Assembly (NCBI GenBank): GCA_028867755.1 | Contig: JAGWFT010000001.1 | Span: 452,727 to 516,726 of the forward strand | DNA from: Nitrososphaerota archaeon | GTDB taxonomy: Archaea; Thermoproteota; Nitrososphaeria; Nitrososphaerales; Nitrosopumilaceae | Direction of reading: 5' to 3' | DNA length: 64,000 bases | In this document: positions 31,045-40,817 of the stretch, piece after piece | Numbering within the stretch: position 1 is the stretch's first letter | Layout of the letters: every line of letters starts with the position of its first letter | The notes under the pieces: generated by a model | Told to the model about the DNA's origin: nothing | Databases searched by the model: none | Seen by the model: only the letters and a program-made list of their open reading frames with translations | Position numbers and translations under genes: made by a program

Positions 31045-31953
31045 TCAATTTAGCCCTAAATTCAATAGTGTACTGCACACGGAACATACATCACCCGTGC
31101 ATTCGGATCCGCACTTTGAACAGGTTTTCCACTTCTTGCCTGTTTCATCTTTTAGTACTGAGGAAACTTTCAAAATCGATCTATACATGTTATTCTTAAT
31201 CCCAATATGATTTTTTTCTAACAAATTGAGAAAATTCCTTATCTCAGTTCTGATCCCCTCATTCATGTGTGGACATTCTTCTGATTGAAATGGAATCTTA
31301 TTTGTAAAAGCATAGAAGACAATCTCGTTTTCATAAATCTCACAAAATGGTTTTATCTTTCTTGTTTTATTATTTGATAGTTCAGGATCCATCCAACTTA
31401 TCTTGTTTACATCCCCCGAAAGAAGATTAATAATAAAAGTTTGAATAAAATCATCCAGATTATGACCCGTAGCAACCACATCTACTCCTAACTTATTTGC
31501 ACCAAAATCAATGGCACGTCTTCTTAATATGCCGCATATGGAACAAGAAGAGATCTTTTCTTTTTCTCTTATCTCAAGTGACTGTTCTAAAGTAGTACCG
31601 AAAAGCTTCTCGTACGAGTAAACATTATGTTCTACCTGAATCTTGTTACAAAAATCGTTTACAATTTCTAATGCCTCATCTCTATATCCTGGAATGCCTT
31701 CGTCGATTGTAATGGCTTTAAGCGTGAAATTATGATTCAATGAAATTTGTTTTAGTATGTATAAAAGAGATAGTGAATCCTTCCCACCAGAAACAGCAAC
31801 TCCTACTACATCTCCAGAATTAATCATCTTGTACTTTGAGATAGTTTTGATAGTTTTTCGTACAATTGATTTTGAAAAACAACTAGAACAAAGATTTTCG
31901 CCAGAATATTTCCTAGAATAAACTACGGTATTTTCACACCAATCGCATTTCAT
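31045..31953 (-). CDS. TIGR00269 family tRNA 2-thiolation protein (NcsA/TtuA-like)
   Basis: CDWC...CSSC, PP-loop SGGKDS, CSICGILRR, TGHNLDD, CPH, C-terminal Zn finger. Confidence 0.9.
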   Translation of the reverse strand: MKCDWCENTVVYSRKYSGENLCSSCFSKSIVRKTIKTISKYKMINSGDVVGVAVSGGKDSLSLLYILKQISLNHNFTLKAITIDEGIPGYRDEALEIVNDFCNKIQVEHNVYSYEKLFGTTLEQSLEIREKEKISSCSICGILRRRAIDFGANKLGVDVVATGHNLDDFIQTFIINLLSGDVNKISWMDPELSNNKTRKIKPFCEIYENEIVFYAFTNKIPFQSEECPHMNEGIRTEIRNFLNLLEKNHIGIKNNMYRSILKVSSVLKDETGKKWKTCSKCGSECTGDVCSVCSTLLNLGLN

Positions 31954-31998
31954 GGTCGAGTTTTTCTCCTTCCTTAATTTAACTATATTTTGCTTGTC

Positions 31999-33201
31999 TT
32001 AAATTGTGATAAAACCAGATTTGAGCGCTGATAATGCTATGTTTAGACCAAATAGAATGAAAGTAAAAGTGTATAGTGATAACATAGTACCTTTTAATGC
32101 TTTTTCGGATATCCTCTTTTCAATTATACTGTGAACAAATTTGCCACCGTCTAGTATTGGTAAGGGTAGCATGTTGAATATGCCGATGAAAAATGATAGC
32201 ATCCATAGCCACAACAAAAACATGAATATTTCTGGACTCCAATGTATGTAATATGGTACGACTGGCTGATAGGAAGGTAATGCAGCTCTCATAATACCAA
32301 GCATTCCTTTTTGAGGATCATCTTTTGATGGGGTTACTGTCACAGAAATCTGAAGAGGTTGTCCTGATCTGGTCAAAGTCACATCAGCAGTATCTCCAGG
32401 TTTTAACTTAACTTTGGCAAAATCTTGTGGCAGAGATATGTGAATTCCATTGATCTGAGTAATGATGTCGTCTTTTTGTAGTCCAGCTTTTTCAGCTCCT
32501 GATCCAGGCTCAACTGCTATAATTGGAACACCTAGAGGTTCGCTATAGAGAATGTTTCGTATACCATCTGGCATAATTAGGGCAAAAGATGGATTGAACA
32601 AAAGTAAACCTGCAATTATGAAAGAGAATATGACATTTGATGTTGCACCGGCTCCTATCACTCTAAGCCTGGATATTCTTTTGGCTTTTGCAAATTCTTC
32701 CTCATCTGGTTCTACAAAGCCTGCAAATAGAGCAATAAATACAGCAAAACCTCCCGTTTTGATCTTTATCTTTTCAAGAGTTGCTACTATTCCATGTGCA
32801 CCTTCATGCATCACAAGTACAATTGGAACTGAAAGAAGAAAGTATGCTATGTTAGAACTTGATTGAATTGTAACTCCAGGTATGAGCACAGTCATCTCTG
32901 CAAATGATTCTGGTTTTACAAAGAAGTTAGAAAGATTAGAAATCAGATACCAAAAACCGGCACCCATCATTATGAATCCCAATATCACGCTTGCATTTGA
33001 AAAAATTCTTGTAGCACGTTCTGTTCTACCTAAAAGTCTGGTCAAAAGTAACTGAACATCCTTATTTTTATAGGTCAAACTGTAGGGTTTTATCTCAAAA
33101 CCACGTTTATCCAGTTTTGAGGCCTTTGCAATTGCAAATATGATGACCCATGCAATTAAAACATAAATGATAGAGTTCTGCTGCAAAAATCCAAATGCCA
33201 A
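31999..33201 (-). CDS. site-2 protease (M50) with PDZ domain
   Basis: HEGAH, GAFVEPD-like AGFVEPD, PDZ insert (GSGAEKAGLQKDD), NMLPLPILDGG. Confidence 0.92.
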   Translation of the reverse strand: MAFGFLQQNSIIYVLIAWVIIFAIAKASKLDKRGFEIKPYSLTYKNKDVQLLLTRLLGRTERATRIFSNASVILGFIMMGAGFWYLISNLSNFFVKPESFAEMTVLIPGVTIQSSSNIAYFLLSVPIVLVMHEGAHGIVATLEKIKIKTGGFAVFIALFAGFVEPDEEEFAKAKRISRLRVIGAGATSNVIFSFIIAGLLLFNPSFALIMPDGIRNILYSEPLGVPIIAVEPGSGAEKAGLQKDDIITQINGIHISLPQDFAKVKLKPGDTADVTLTRSGQPLQISVTVTPSKDDPQKGMLGIMRAALPSYQPVVPYYIHWSPEIFMFLLWLWMLSFFIGIFNMLPLPILDGGKFVHSIIEKRISEKALKGTMLSLYTFTFILFGLNIALSALKSGFITI

Positions 33202-33245
33202 ATTAATTGATACTCTTTTTAGTCAGGGCAAATTTATCAGTTGCT

Positions 33246-33590
33246 ATGGGGCTTGTGATAGTTTCAACATATCCCGACAAAAAGTCCATATCTAAAATTG
33301 CAGATATTGTAGTAAACAAAGGATTAGCAGCATGTGTAAATTATACAAAAATTCATTCTGTATACGCATGGAAAGGGAAACTGGAAAATACAGAGGAGTT
33401 TTTGGCGCTTTTCAAGACCACAACAAGAACAAAAGATCTACTCAAAAAAGAGATTGCAAAAACTCATCCATACCAAGTTCCAGAAATTGTAGAACTAAAA
33501 ATGGATTCTGTAAACCTATCATATCAGAACTGGCTCATAAACTCAACTCGTAAGAGCAAACCTAAGAAGCGAAATAATTCCACCAAGTGA
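33246..33590 (+). CDS. cutA: divalent-cation tolerance protein CutA
   Basis: GLAACVN, SVYAWKG..E..EE, HPYQVPEI. The ATG at 33246 is preferred over the ORF-track start at 33207. Confidence 0.9.
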   Translation: MGLVIVSTYPDKKSISKIADIVVNKGLAACVNYTKIHSVYAWKGKLENTEEFLALFKTTTRTKDLLKKEIAKTHPYQVPEIVELKMDSVNLSYQNWLINSTRKSKPKKRNNSTK

Positions 33591-34595
33591 CGATACCCTA
33601 AGACCCACATCTGTTGTTGGATCTACGGCATATACCTCTACTCCCTTTCCTTCGGCTTGATTTAGGAATGTGATGATCTTCTCTTCCTCATGATCTTCGA
33701 AAATCTTATCTGAGAAGACTAGTGATTGTACAGCACCTGCCTCATTTGCTCTAGATGTTTCTTCAAAACCCATTGTGAATTTGTTAATTTTCTTGTTCAC
33801 CATGAGCATTATTTCATCTAAAATAGAAGATACTTTTGCAATCTTACTCTTAGTTAGAGCCTGTCTCATTGTTTCTGATTTTATGAATGTGTAGATGCCA
33901 TCTTCTCCACTTGAATCAATACCATCTATTACACGAATTCCATGTCCTTTGATAGATGGTAGCTCAGAAAGAAAATTTCCCAGTCGTTTTTTTGTTTCTC
34001 CTGGACCGAATATTATGATCTCATCTCTTTCCCTTATTGTAGATGTCATTGCACTTTGAATATCTTTGAAAAAATCTTCTATATTGAATTTGGATTTGTA
34101 TCTTTTTCCACTTGCTCCAGAGTACATGTTGGGCATAAGATTGAGATGTGTGCCAGTCAACCTTCCTATACCACAATCTGTAGTATCTATTGCAACAAGT
34201 AAGAAGCTGCTAGCATCTCTTTTTTCAAAAATTAACTTATTCTCAATATCACTCCAACTTTTCTTAATCAAAGTTATGGGTTCGCCAATTTTTAGAGTTA
34301 GAGAATGATGCGATCCCTTGCTAACAGATTCATTATCTGATTCTGCTATGATCCCCTGCACTTTTAATCTATCAACAACATCATCAATAGAAATCTTTTC
34401 CACATCAAGTGCAACTCGAATTTTAATTCTTTCTCCTCTGTCTGGTCTTGCAAAGTCTTTGTCTTGTTTTACGACACGTGTGGTATCTCCTACGATCCTG
34501 TCTCTATTACGTATAACTCGTCTTAATGTGAAAAGATCATCAGACTCTTCAGGTATTAATGCAACTGAATTTTCATCTATTTTTTTTGCAATCAA
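33543..34595 (-). CDS. pelA: mRNA surveillance protein pelota
   Basis: PEESDDL..L, GDTTR, G.HHSL, GPGETK, LGGIISLLRF. Confidence 0.92.
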   Translation of the reverse strand: MIAKKIDENSVALIPEESDDLFTLRRVIRNRDRIVGDTTRVVKQDKDFARPDRGERIKIRVALDVEKISIDDVVDRLKVQGIIAESDNESVSKGSHHSLTLKIGEPITLIKKSWSDIENKLIFEKRDASSFLLVAIDTTDCGIGRLTGTHLNLMPNMYSGASGKRYKSKFNIEDFFKDIQSAMTSTIRERDEIIIFGPGETKKRLGNFLSELPSIKGHGIRVIDGIDSSGEDGIYTFIKSETMRQALTKSKIAKVSSILDEIMLMVNKKINKFTMGFEETSRANEAGAVQSLVFSDKIFEDHEEEKIITFLNQAEGKGVEVYAVDPTTDVGLRVSSLGGIISLLRFALTS

Positions 34596-34636
34596 CTGTG
34601 TATCCTATAAGATCTACAATAATAAAAAAGAGTGAT

Positions 34637-35059
34637 CTAGTTCGTTAATTCACTGTTCTTGACCTGCTTCTCTTCTGCCTTTTTCCTTAGATAATTTTGG
34701 ACCCATTCCTGTGTTATTACTCCGGCTTCAGTCAAGTTTACTAGTGTGTTGGTTGATGCCTCACCAGTTACCTTTCCCATAATACGTCTGATCTGTCTCC
34801 ATTTTAGATTCGTATTACCACTTTTCGATGAATAAATTATGCCGAGAACCTCTTTTGCGTTGACAAAAGTCATATCGCGAATCTTCTTGAGAGTTACCTT
34901 ATCTGCAGCCTCTACATAGATTAGGCCAGGCGAAGTTTCACGCTCAGGAAATACTTCATAATCCTCCAAGTAACTCTCTGGAACAAACGAGTTGCAAGTA
35001 CTTAGGACTACAAATTTCCTAAAACTTTCAAGCGAACAGGTAGCGTCAATGGTTACCAT
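34637..35059 (-). CDS. conserved hypothetical protein
   Basis: 140-aa ORF with normal codon usage and no recognised motif. Confidence 0.7.
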   Translation of the reverse strand: MVTIDATCSLESFRKFVVLSTCNSFVPESYLEDYEVFPERETSPGLIYVEAADKVTLKKIRDMTFVNAKEVLGIIYSSKSGNTNLKWRQIRRIMGKVTGEASTNTLVNLTEAGVITQEWVQNYLRKKAEEKQVKNSELTN

Positions 35060-35230
35060 TTGTCTAGATTTCGCAACCGCCTTTTATCAAGCTTCTTGAA
35101 AGACTCAATTAGGAACATAGAAAATTACTTGTTGCAGGCGTTGATGACCAAATCCCTTTGATATGATGAGAAGGATCTTGAGTTCTGAGCCTGCACTTGA
35201 TTTTTATAAAATAAGAAATTCCATTATGCT

Positions 35231-35650
35231 GTGAAATCACTTACTGAATATTTGATGTTTAATGTTCCATCCAGAAGAGGATTTGTGAATATTACTCCTG
35301 ATATACGTAAAATAGTTCAGAAGAGTGGAGTCAAAGATGGCATTTGTCTAGTTAATGCTATGCACATTACAGCCAGCGTATTTATCAACGATAATGAGAG
35401 TGGCCTTCATCAAGACTATGAGAGATGGCTTGAAGAATTGGCACCTCATGAACCGATATCAAAATATGAGCACAATAAAACTGGAGAAGATAATGCTGAC
35501 GCACATCTCAAAAGACAAATCATGGGAAGAGAAGTTATAGTTGCTATAACAAACGGTCAGCTTGATTTTGGACCATGGGAACAAATATTCTATGGTGAGT
35601 TTGATGGAAAAAGACCAAAGCGTGTACTTGTAAAGATTATCGGTGAATAA
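35231..35650 (+). CDS. yjbQ: YjbQ/UPF0047 family protein
   Basis: [41 protein letters not shown]. Confidence 0.93.
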   Translation: MKSLTEYLMFNVPSRRGFVNITPDIRKIVQKSGVKDGICLVNAMHITASVFINDNESGLHQDYERWLEELAPHEPISKYEHNKTGEDNADAHLKRQIMGREVIVAITNGQLDFGPWEQIFYGEFDGKRPKRVLVKIIGE

Positions 35651-35806
35651 CTAACTCAAAGAACCACGTTTTTGGATTCCTTCTGTGAGTGGCTTGATCT
35701 TAAAACTTTCTTCATGATTCTGAGGACCATGACTGCATTTGACACAGCCAACTTTAAAACCGTTTGAGTCCTTCACATATGTTTCACAACCACAGAAACA
35801 AGTCAT
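35651..35806 (-). CDS. small Cys/His-rich putative metal-binding protein (51 aa)
   Basis: Not in the ORF track. Manual translation: MTCFCGCETYVKDSNGFKVGCVKCSHGPQNHEESFKIKPLTEGIQKRGSLS. It fills the gap between yjbQ and the DtxR-like gene exactly. Confidence 0.7.
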   Translation of the reverse strand: MTCFCGCETYVKDSNGFKVGCVKCSHGPQNHEESFKIKPLTEGIQKRGSLS

Positions 35807-35847
35807 ACTTTCTACAACACTAAGCCATGATATAACTTATTTCACAA

Positions 35848-36306
35848 CTAAACCTTACAACACTTTCCACGTGGAATTTCGTGATCATGTGGACATTTTC
35901 TTGGATGTTTTAGCATTGTACATAGTGCATCTGTGAATTGCTCATTCATGTGATGCTCAATTCCACAAACCATCTCTTCATCAATGTCTACCTTAAGTGC
36001 ACTATCCATCAAAACTTCAAGCAATCTACTATTTCGCATCATATTGGAGCCAATTTGTTCTCCATTCTTGGTTAAAGAAACTCCGCCTTTGTTGTAGTTC
36101 ACAAGTTTGGTATCATTTAGCTTTTTTAGCATCTGAACCACACTTGGCTGTCTTACATTTAGCATCTTTGCTATTGTGCTTATCTTTACGGGGTCTCCGC
36201 CTTCCTTTATGTGCCAAATTGCCTTTAGATACATCTCTACATGTTCAGCCTCTGCAGTTCCAACAAATAGAACTTCTTGATCTTTCATATTCTGCATACC
36301 CATCAC
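35848..36306 (-). CDS. DtxR/MntR family metal-dependent transcriptional regulator
   Basis: EMYLKAIW, IAKMLNVRQPSVVQMLKKL, RLLEVL, CGIEHH, HPRKCPH. Confidence 0.9.
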   Translation of the reverse strand: MMGMQNMKDQEVLFVGTAEAEHVEMYLKAIWHIKEGGDPVKISTIAKMLNVRQPSVVQMLKKLNDTKLVNYNKGGVSLTKNGEQIGSNMMRNSRLLEVLMDSALKVDIDEEMVCGIEHHMNEQFTDALCTMLKHPRKCPHDHEIPRGKCCKV

Positions 36307-36307
36307 C

Positions 36308-37078
36308 TTACTTTACGTCTTTTGATTCTTTCAACAAATACTCAAAGTATTCACGTGCGAATCCTGCAAGACCAGAATGGTCAGCCCATATGGCAACAGC
36401 TTCTTTTGAACCAGATGTTCCAAGTTCCTCTCCAAGTAATAAAACCACATATCTTTTGTCTGAGATAATGCCACCTCCAAAGAGCCCTTTTTTTAATTTG
36501 ACTTTGGCTACACGTGACAATGACTTTAGTGTATCATTATCAGCATCTTCTGATACCAGAATAGTGATATCTATCCCTCTGTCGTGCAATAATCTGAGCT
36601 TTGGTAATGCTTCTTTTGCCAAGGACTCGGCTACTTTGGGTATGGCAATCATTACCTCATTTCTACAAGAATCGACCATCTCCAGAATCTTAGTTGCTAT
36701 GTTCATGACTCCTGAAATAATCCAAATATCTGGTCTTTCACTCGTTCCGCTTTGTTCGTAAAGTGGTGTAAGTTCCTTTAATATGACATCTTCATTATTT
36801 CTAAACTCTGTCTCAAATTGCTGCCTTGACGTCTGCATTGCTGTAGCTGGAGACTTTGCAAAATACTGTGTAGGGCGTGAATCATCAGAACCTATCCATC
36901 CCTTTTCTTCTAACGTTCCTAATACCTCATATATCTTGGAATAGGGGACTCCTGATTTCTGGCTTAGGTCGGATGCTGTTATTGGACCTGTCTTGAGAAG
37001 AGAAGAGTATGTCTTTATCTCATAACTAGTAAGCCCTATCCTCTCAAGGGACTTTCTAGCCTTATCAGAGAGGCTCAT
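36308..37078 (-). CDS. TrmB family transcriptional regulator
   Basis: GLTSYEIKTY..LL, SGVPYSKIYEVL..LEEKGW HTH plus a PLD-like effector domain. Confidence 0.9.
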   Translation of the reverse strand: MSLSDKARKSLERIGLTSYEIKTYSSLLKTGPITASDLSQKSGVPYSKIYEVLGTLEEKGWIGSDDSRPTQYFAKSPATAMQTSRQQFETEFRNNEDVILKELTPLYEQSGTSERPDIWIISGVMNIATKILEMVDSCRNEVMIAIPKVAESLAKEALPKLRLLHDRGIDITILVSEDADNDTLKSLSRVAKVKLKKGLFGGGIISDKRYVVLLLGEELGTSGSKEAVAIWADHSGLAGFAREYFEYLLKESKDVK

Positions 37079-37219
37079 GTAATATCAATCGAAGATTTCA
37101 AGGTATATATGTCTAGGATGCACCGTTTGCTTGCTAACACGCACAAGTTCTACCTATTCATCTGGTGTCTTGTTGGAAATGGATTAAATACTCTTTCCGA
37201 AGATATGCCATTAATAGAC

Positions 37220-38884
37220 ATGGAACTAATTCAGATATCTAATCTAAAGACTCCTACTATAGGTAAGAAGTCTACTATTCGATTTACTCAAAGCATATGT
37301 CCAGACTGTAACATGATACTAGATGCCGAGGTCTTTGAAAGAGACAGCAAGGTCTTCATGACAAAGACCTGTCCTACACATGGTGAATGTGAGGAACTGT
37401 ATTTTGGCTCATATGAGATGTACAGGAAGTTTAGCACATATTGGATGGACGGCAAAGGTGCTCATGCTCCCAATGTAATGATTGACAAGTGTTCTTGTCC
37501 AAACAACTGTGGACTATGTTCTAACCATCTTTCACACAGTGGACTTGCAAACATGATAGTAACTAACAGATGTGATCTGACTTGTTGGTATTGCTTCTTT
37601 TATGTAAAGAAGGGCCTTGAAGGCGCATACATGTACGAGCCTACACAAGATCAAGTAAGAGCAATGATGAAAACTCTAAAGGCAGAAAGGCCAATTCCAG
37701 GCAACTCTATGCAAATCACCGGTGGTGAACCCATGTTAAGAGAAGACATCGCAGATGTTATCAAAATAATGAAAGAAGAAGGCGTGGATCATATACAGAT
37801 GAATACAAATGGAATCAGGTTTGCATTAGATCCAGAAGCAATGCGAGAGGTAAGACTTGCAGGTGTAAATAATTTGTATCTTAGCTTTGATGGAGTTACC
37901 CCAAGAACAAATCCAAAGAATCACTGGGAAATTCCATATGCATTAGAAAGCGCAAGAAAGACCGGAACCACTGTTGTCTTTGTTCCAACAGTTATCAAAT
38001 CAATTAATGATCATGAGTTAGGTGGCATTATCAGATATGCACAAAAGAATCTCGATGTTGTACATGCCGTTAACTTCCAACCCGTCTCACTCACAGGAAG
38101 AATGGGCAAGAAAGAGCGTGAGAAATACAGAATCACAATTCCAGACTGCATACAAAGAATCGAAGAACAAACAGGTGCTGAGGTAACAGTAGATGACTGG
38201 TTCCCAGTTCCAAGCTGCATGCCATTGACAAACGTCATTGAAGCATTTTCAAGCAAACCAAAATACGAGTTATCTATTCACTTTGCATGTGGTGCCGGAA
38301 CATACATCTTCGAAGATCAGGACACCAAAAAGTTTGTTCCATTAACAAAATTTGCAGACATTCAGGGAATGTTGGAACTATTTGAGGATAAAGCAGAAGA
38401 GATTCGTTCTGGTAAAAACAAGTACTTTACAATGCTGGAGGTTGTAAGAAAACTCTCAAGCTTTGTTGACAGAAAGAAACAACCAGCAGGCCTTGACTTG
38501 GCAAAGATGTTTGGTAATATCCTAATGAAGAGATCATTTGATTCAGTTGGTTCATGGCATGTCAAGGGACTCTTCTTAGGTATGATGCACTTCCAAGACA
38601 AGTACAACGAAGACTTGGAAAGACTGCAAAGATGTGATATTCATTATGTGACACCAGATCTTAGGATAATTCCATTCTGTGCGTTCAATGTAATTCCAGA
38701 ATGGTATAGAGACAGAATCCAAAAGAAATATTCTACAACAGTAGAAGAATGGGAGCAAAAAGTAGGTGCAAAATTAGAGGATGGTCTCTATAGGGGCATA
38801 ATGAGAAGAGGTTCAGGCGACGAGCTTGCTGCAGGTTGTGCAAAGAGCCAGATGTTCCACGAGGCATCTCAGGCTCTAATGTAA
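37220..38884 (+). CDS. tes: radical SAM tetraether (GDGT) lipid synthase Tes / GDGT-MAS
   Basis: N-terminal CPDC...CPTH metal site, CPNNCGLCSNH auxiliary cluster, radical SAM CDLTCWYC, QITGGEP, TNG, HFACG and C-terminal CDIHY...PFC. This is the architecture of MJ0619-type enzymes. The ATG at 37220 is preferred over 37109. Confidence 0.88.
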   Translation: MELIQISNLKTPTIGKKSTIRFTQSICPDCNMILDAEVFERDSKVFMTKTCPTHGECEELYFGSYEMYRKFSTYWMDGKGAHAPNVMIDKCSCPNNCGLCSNHLSHSGLANMIVTNRCDLTCWYCFFYVKKGLEGAYMYEPTQDQVRAMMKTLKAERPIPGNSMQITGGEPMLREDIADVIKIMKEEGVDHIQMNTNGIRFALDPEAMREVRLAGVNNLYLSFDGVTPRTNPKNHWEIPYALESARKTGTTVVFVPTVIKSINDHELGGIIRYAQKNLDVVHAVNFQPVSLTGRMGKKEREKYRITIPDCIQRIEEQTGAEVTVDDWFPVPSCMPLTNVIEAFSSKPKYELSIHFACGAGTYIFEDQDTKKFVPLTKFADIQGMLELFEDKAEEIRSGKNKYFTMLEVVRKLSSFVDRKKQPAGLDLAKMFGNILMKRSFDSVGSWHVKGLFLGMMHFQDKYNEDLERLQRCDIHYVTPDLRIIPFCAFNVIPEWYRDRIQKKYSTTVEEWEQKVGAKLEDGLYRGIMRRGSGDELAAGCAKSQMFHEASQALM

Positions 38885-38957
38885 ATTTTATTTCATCAAA
38901 TCTCTCATTTTTAAAATTCTAAAGATTAATTGTAAGAGTACCACATCACAATTCTAA

Positions 38958-40040
38958 TTGAAGATAGGAATCATTCATGGTTTTGTGGGTGGAGGTGGAG
39001 GAACTGAAACAACTCTGCTTACTCTAATTGAAGCCTTGCTAGAGCATAAACACACCATAAACCTATACACAGTTTCTAAACCAACAGTTCAATTACCAAA
39101 AGTAAAGATCCAATCAGTTTTTCCTTTTCGTTTGCCAGCTTTTGGTTTGTATCAAAGATATCTTGAATCAAAACTAACAGAAAAGGCAAAAGACGACGAT
39201 CTAATAGTACAGGTATCTGGAGGATTGTCTTTACCATACAGAAAAGATCAAAAAATCATAATTTATTGTCACCATGATTTCAGAAATGAAACTGAAAAAG
39301 ATATTACAAAGTACAAAGGCATATGGTCTGCATATTACAAACCATACTATGTTCTAAGTCAAAGATTTGTTGATCAAATAGGAGATGAAAATATAGTACT
39401 TGTAGCAAATTCACAATTCATACAAGACTCTCTTAAGAAAAGATTTGGAAAAGATTCTGTTGTAATTTATCCTCCGGTCGATGCTGATGTATTCCAAAAT
39501 AGTGTGAATAAAGAACAGAGAATACTTACCATATCAAGGTACTCTCAGGAAAAGAATCTAGAATTTGCAATAGATGTATTAAGTGAGATAGAGGTGCCAT
39601 ATACCATTATAGGCAATACCAAGACTAGAGTAAACGAGCTGTATTACGAAAAACTAGCCACAAAAATTAAGAATCAAAAATCAATAGGGAAAATATTTCT
39701 TATGAAAAATATAGAACGTAACAAAGTGGTAGAGAACTTGGAGAAATATAAGGTGTATTTTCATGCATCGCCTGAAACCTTTGGAATATCAATTGTTGAA
39801 AGCATAGCTGCTGGATGCATCCCAATAGTCCCAAATAATTCTGCTCATAAGGAAACTGTTCCATTTGATGATTTACGCTATGAAACAGATGACAAAAAAG
39901 ATGCTCAGGAAAAAATCAAAAAGGCACTCTCAGGGAAATATGATAACCTACTAAATCAACTCAGGAGCTCTATTGATGTTTATAACAAGACGTCATTCAA
40001 GAATTCAATTGCAAGTTTTATTGAAAACATCGAGAACTGA
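38958..40040 (+). CDS. glycosyltransferase family 4
   Basis: GGGGTE, NSQF, YPPVD, SRYSQEKN, ETFGISIVESIAAGCIPI. Confidence 0.9.
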   Translation: MKIGIIHGFVGGGGGTETTLLTLIEALLEHKHTINLYTVSKPTVQLPKVKIQSVFPFRLPAFGLYQRYLESKLTEKAKDDDLIVQVSGGLSLPYRKDQKIIIYCHHDFRNETEKDITKYKGIWSAYYKPYYVLSQRFVDQIGDENIVLVANSQFIQDSLKKRFGKDSVVIYPPVDADVFQNSVNKEQRILTISRYSQEKNLEFAIDVLSEIEVPYTIIGNTKTRVNELYYEKLATKIKNQKSIGKIFLMKNIERNKVVENLEKYKVYFHASPETFGISIVESIAAGCIPIVPNNSAHKETVPFDDLRYETDDKKDAQEKIKKALSGKYDNLLNQLRSSIDVYNKTSFKNSIASFIENIEN

Positions 40041-40046
40041 TTCTTA

Positions 40047-40766
40047 TTATTCTGAAATGTGATATTTCTTCCATCGTTCCGTGTCAAGACTCATGTCCAT
40101 GGTCAATCTAGGCCCAGTATAATCATTAATAGTCATAGGTTCAATTTCTGGGGTGGTTAGTTTGGCCAAATCAAACATTGAAATTTTCTTGTCTCCAACA
40201 ATGTGTACGTAGCCATCCAGGTTTTCTTTGTAAACATCCATTATTGCCTTGGATACGTCTTGAGCAAAGAGATATGTCCCAAATCTATCTACAAATGCAC
40301 GTGGATAGGGCCATTTCTTCTTTGCCACAAAATTGGTTCTTATAATCAAGTATTCAGTGAGTCTATTTACTTCGTATTCTCCTATCAATTTTGTCAACGC
40401 ATAGAAATTTTCAGGATATGGAATGGAGTTTTCTTTGTACATTCCAGTATGCCCATCAAAAACACAAGCAGTACTGATATAGATGAATTTAGTATTTTTT
40501 TTCTTGTCAAGAACTGCGTCTACCAAGTTTTTGGTGCCGTTTACATTTGTATTCCATGCAAGCGGTTTGTTTTCTTCACACGGTCTTATGTGAGTCATTG
40601 CAGCAGCATGTATTATGGTATCAAAACCATGATTTTTTATATAATCAATGACATTTTTCTTGTTAGATATGTCAAGCTCTTGATGTGAAGGTGCTAGTGC
40701 ATTTGGGAAAATCTTCTTTAACTCAGTGCCCAGAGCCCCATTTCCGCCCGTGATTAAAACATTCAA
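40047..40766 (-). CDS. RmlD-like NAD(P)-dependent 4-keto-6-deoxy sugar-nucleotide reductase
   Basis: TGGNGALG, IHAAA.T....E, YISTACVFDG, YALTK. Confidence 0.85.
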   Translation of the reverse strand: MNVLITGGNGALGTELKKIFPNALAPSHQELDISNKKNVIDYIKNHGFDTIIHAAAMTHIRPCEENKPLAWNTNVNGTKNLVDAVLDKKKNTKFIYISTACVFDGHTGMYKENSIPYPENFYALTKLIGEYEVNRLTEYLIIRTNFVAKKKWPYPRAFVDRFGTYLFAQDVSKAIMDVYKENLDGYVHIVGDKKISMFDLAKLTTPEIEPMTINDYTGPRLTMDMSLDTERWKKYHISE

Positions 40767-40817
40767 CTTTCTTCTGATGGTTTAAGTAAACTATATTGTA
40801 AACCTTTCCCGAAAATC

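Noticed and set aside
33543-33590. 48-nt convergent overlap of cutA and pelota
   Set aside because: Short 3' overlaps are common in compact AOA genomes; the CutA tail is a low-information basic extension.
37109-37219. N-terminal extension of the radical SAM ORF (MSRMHRLL...)
   Set aside because: It does not resemble protein sequence and covers the expected divergent promoter; the ATG at 37220 is preferred.
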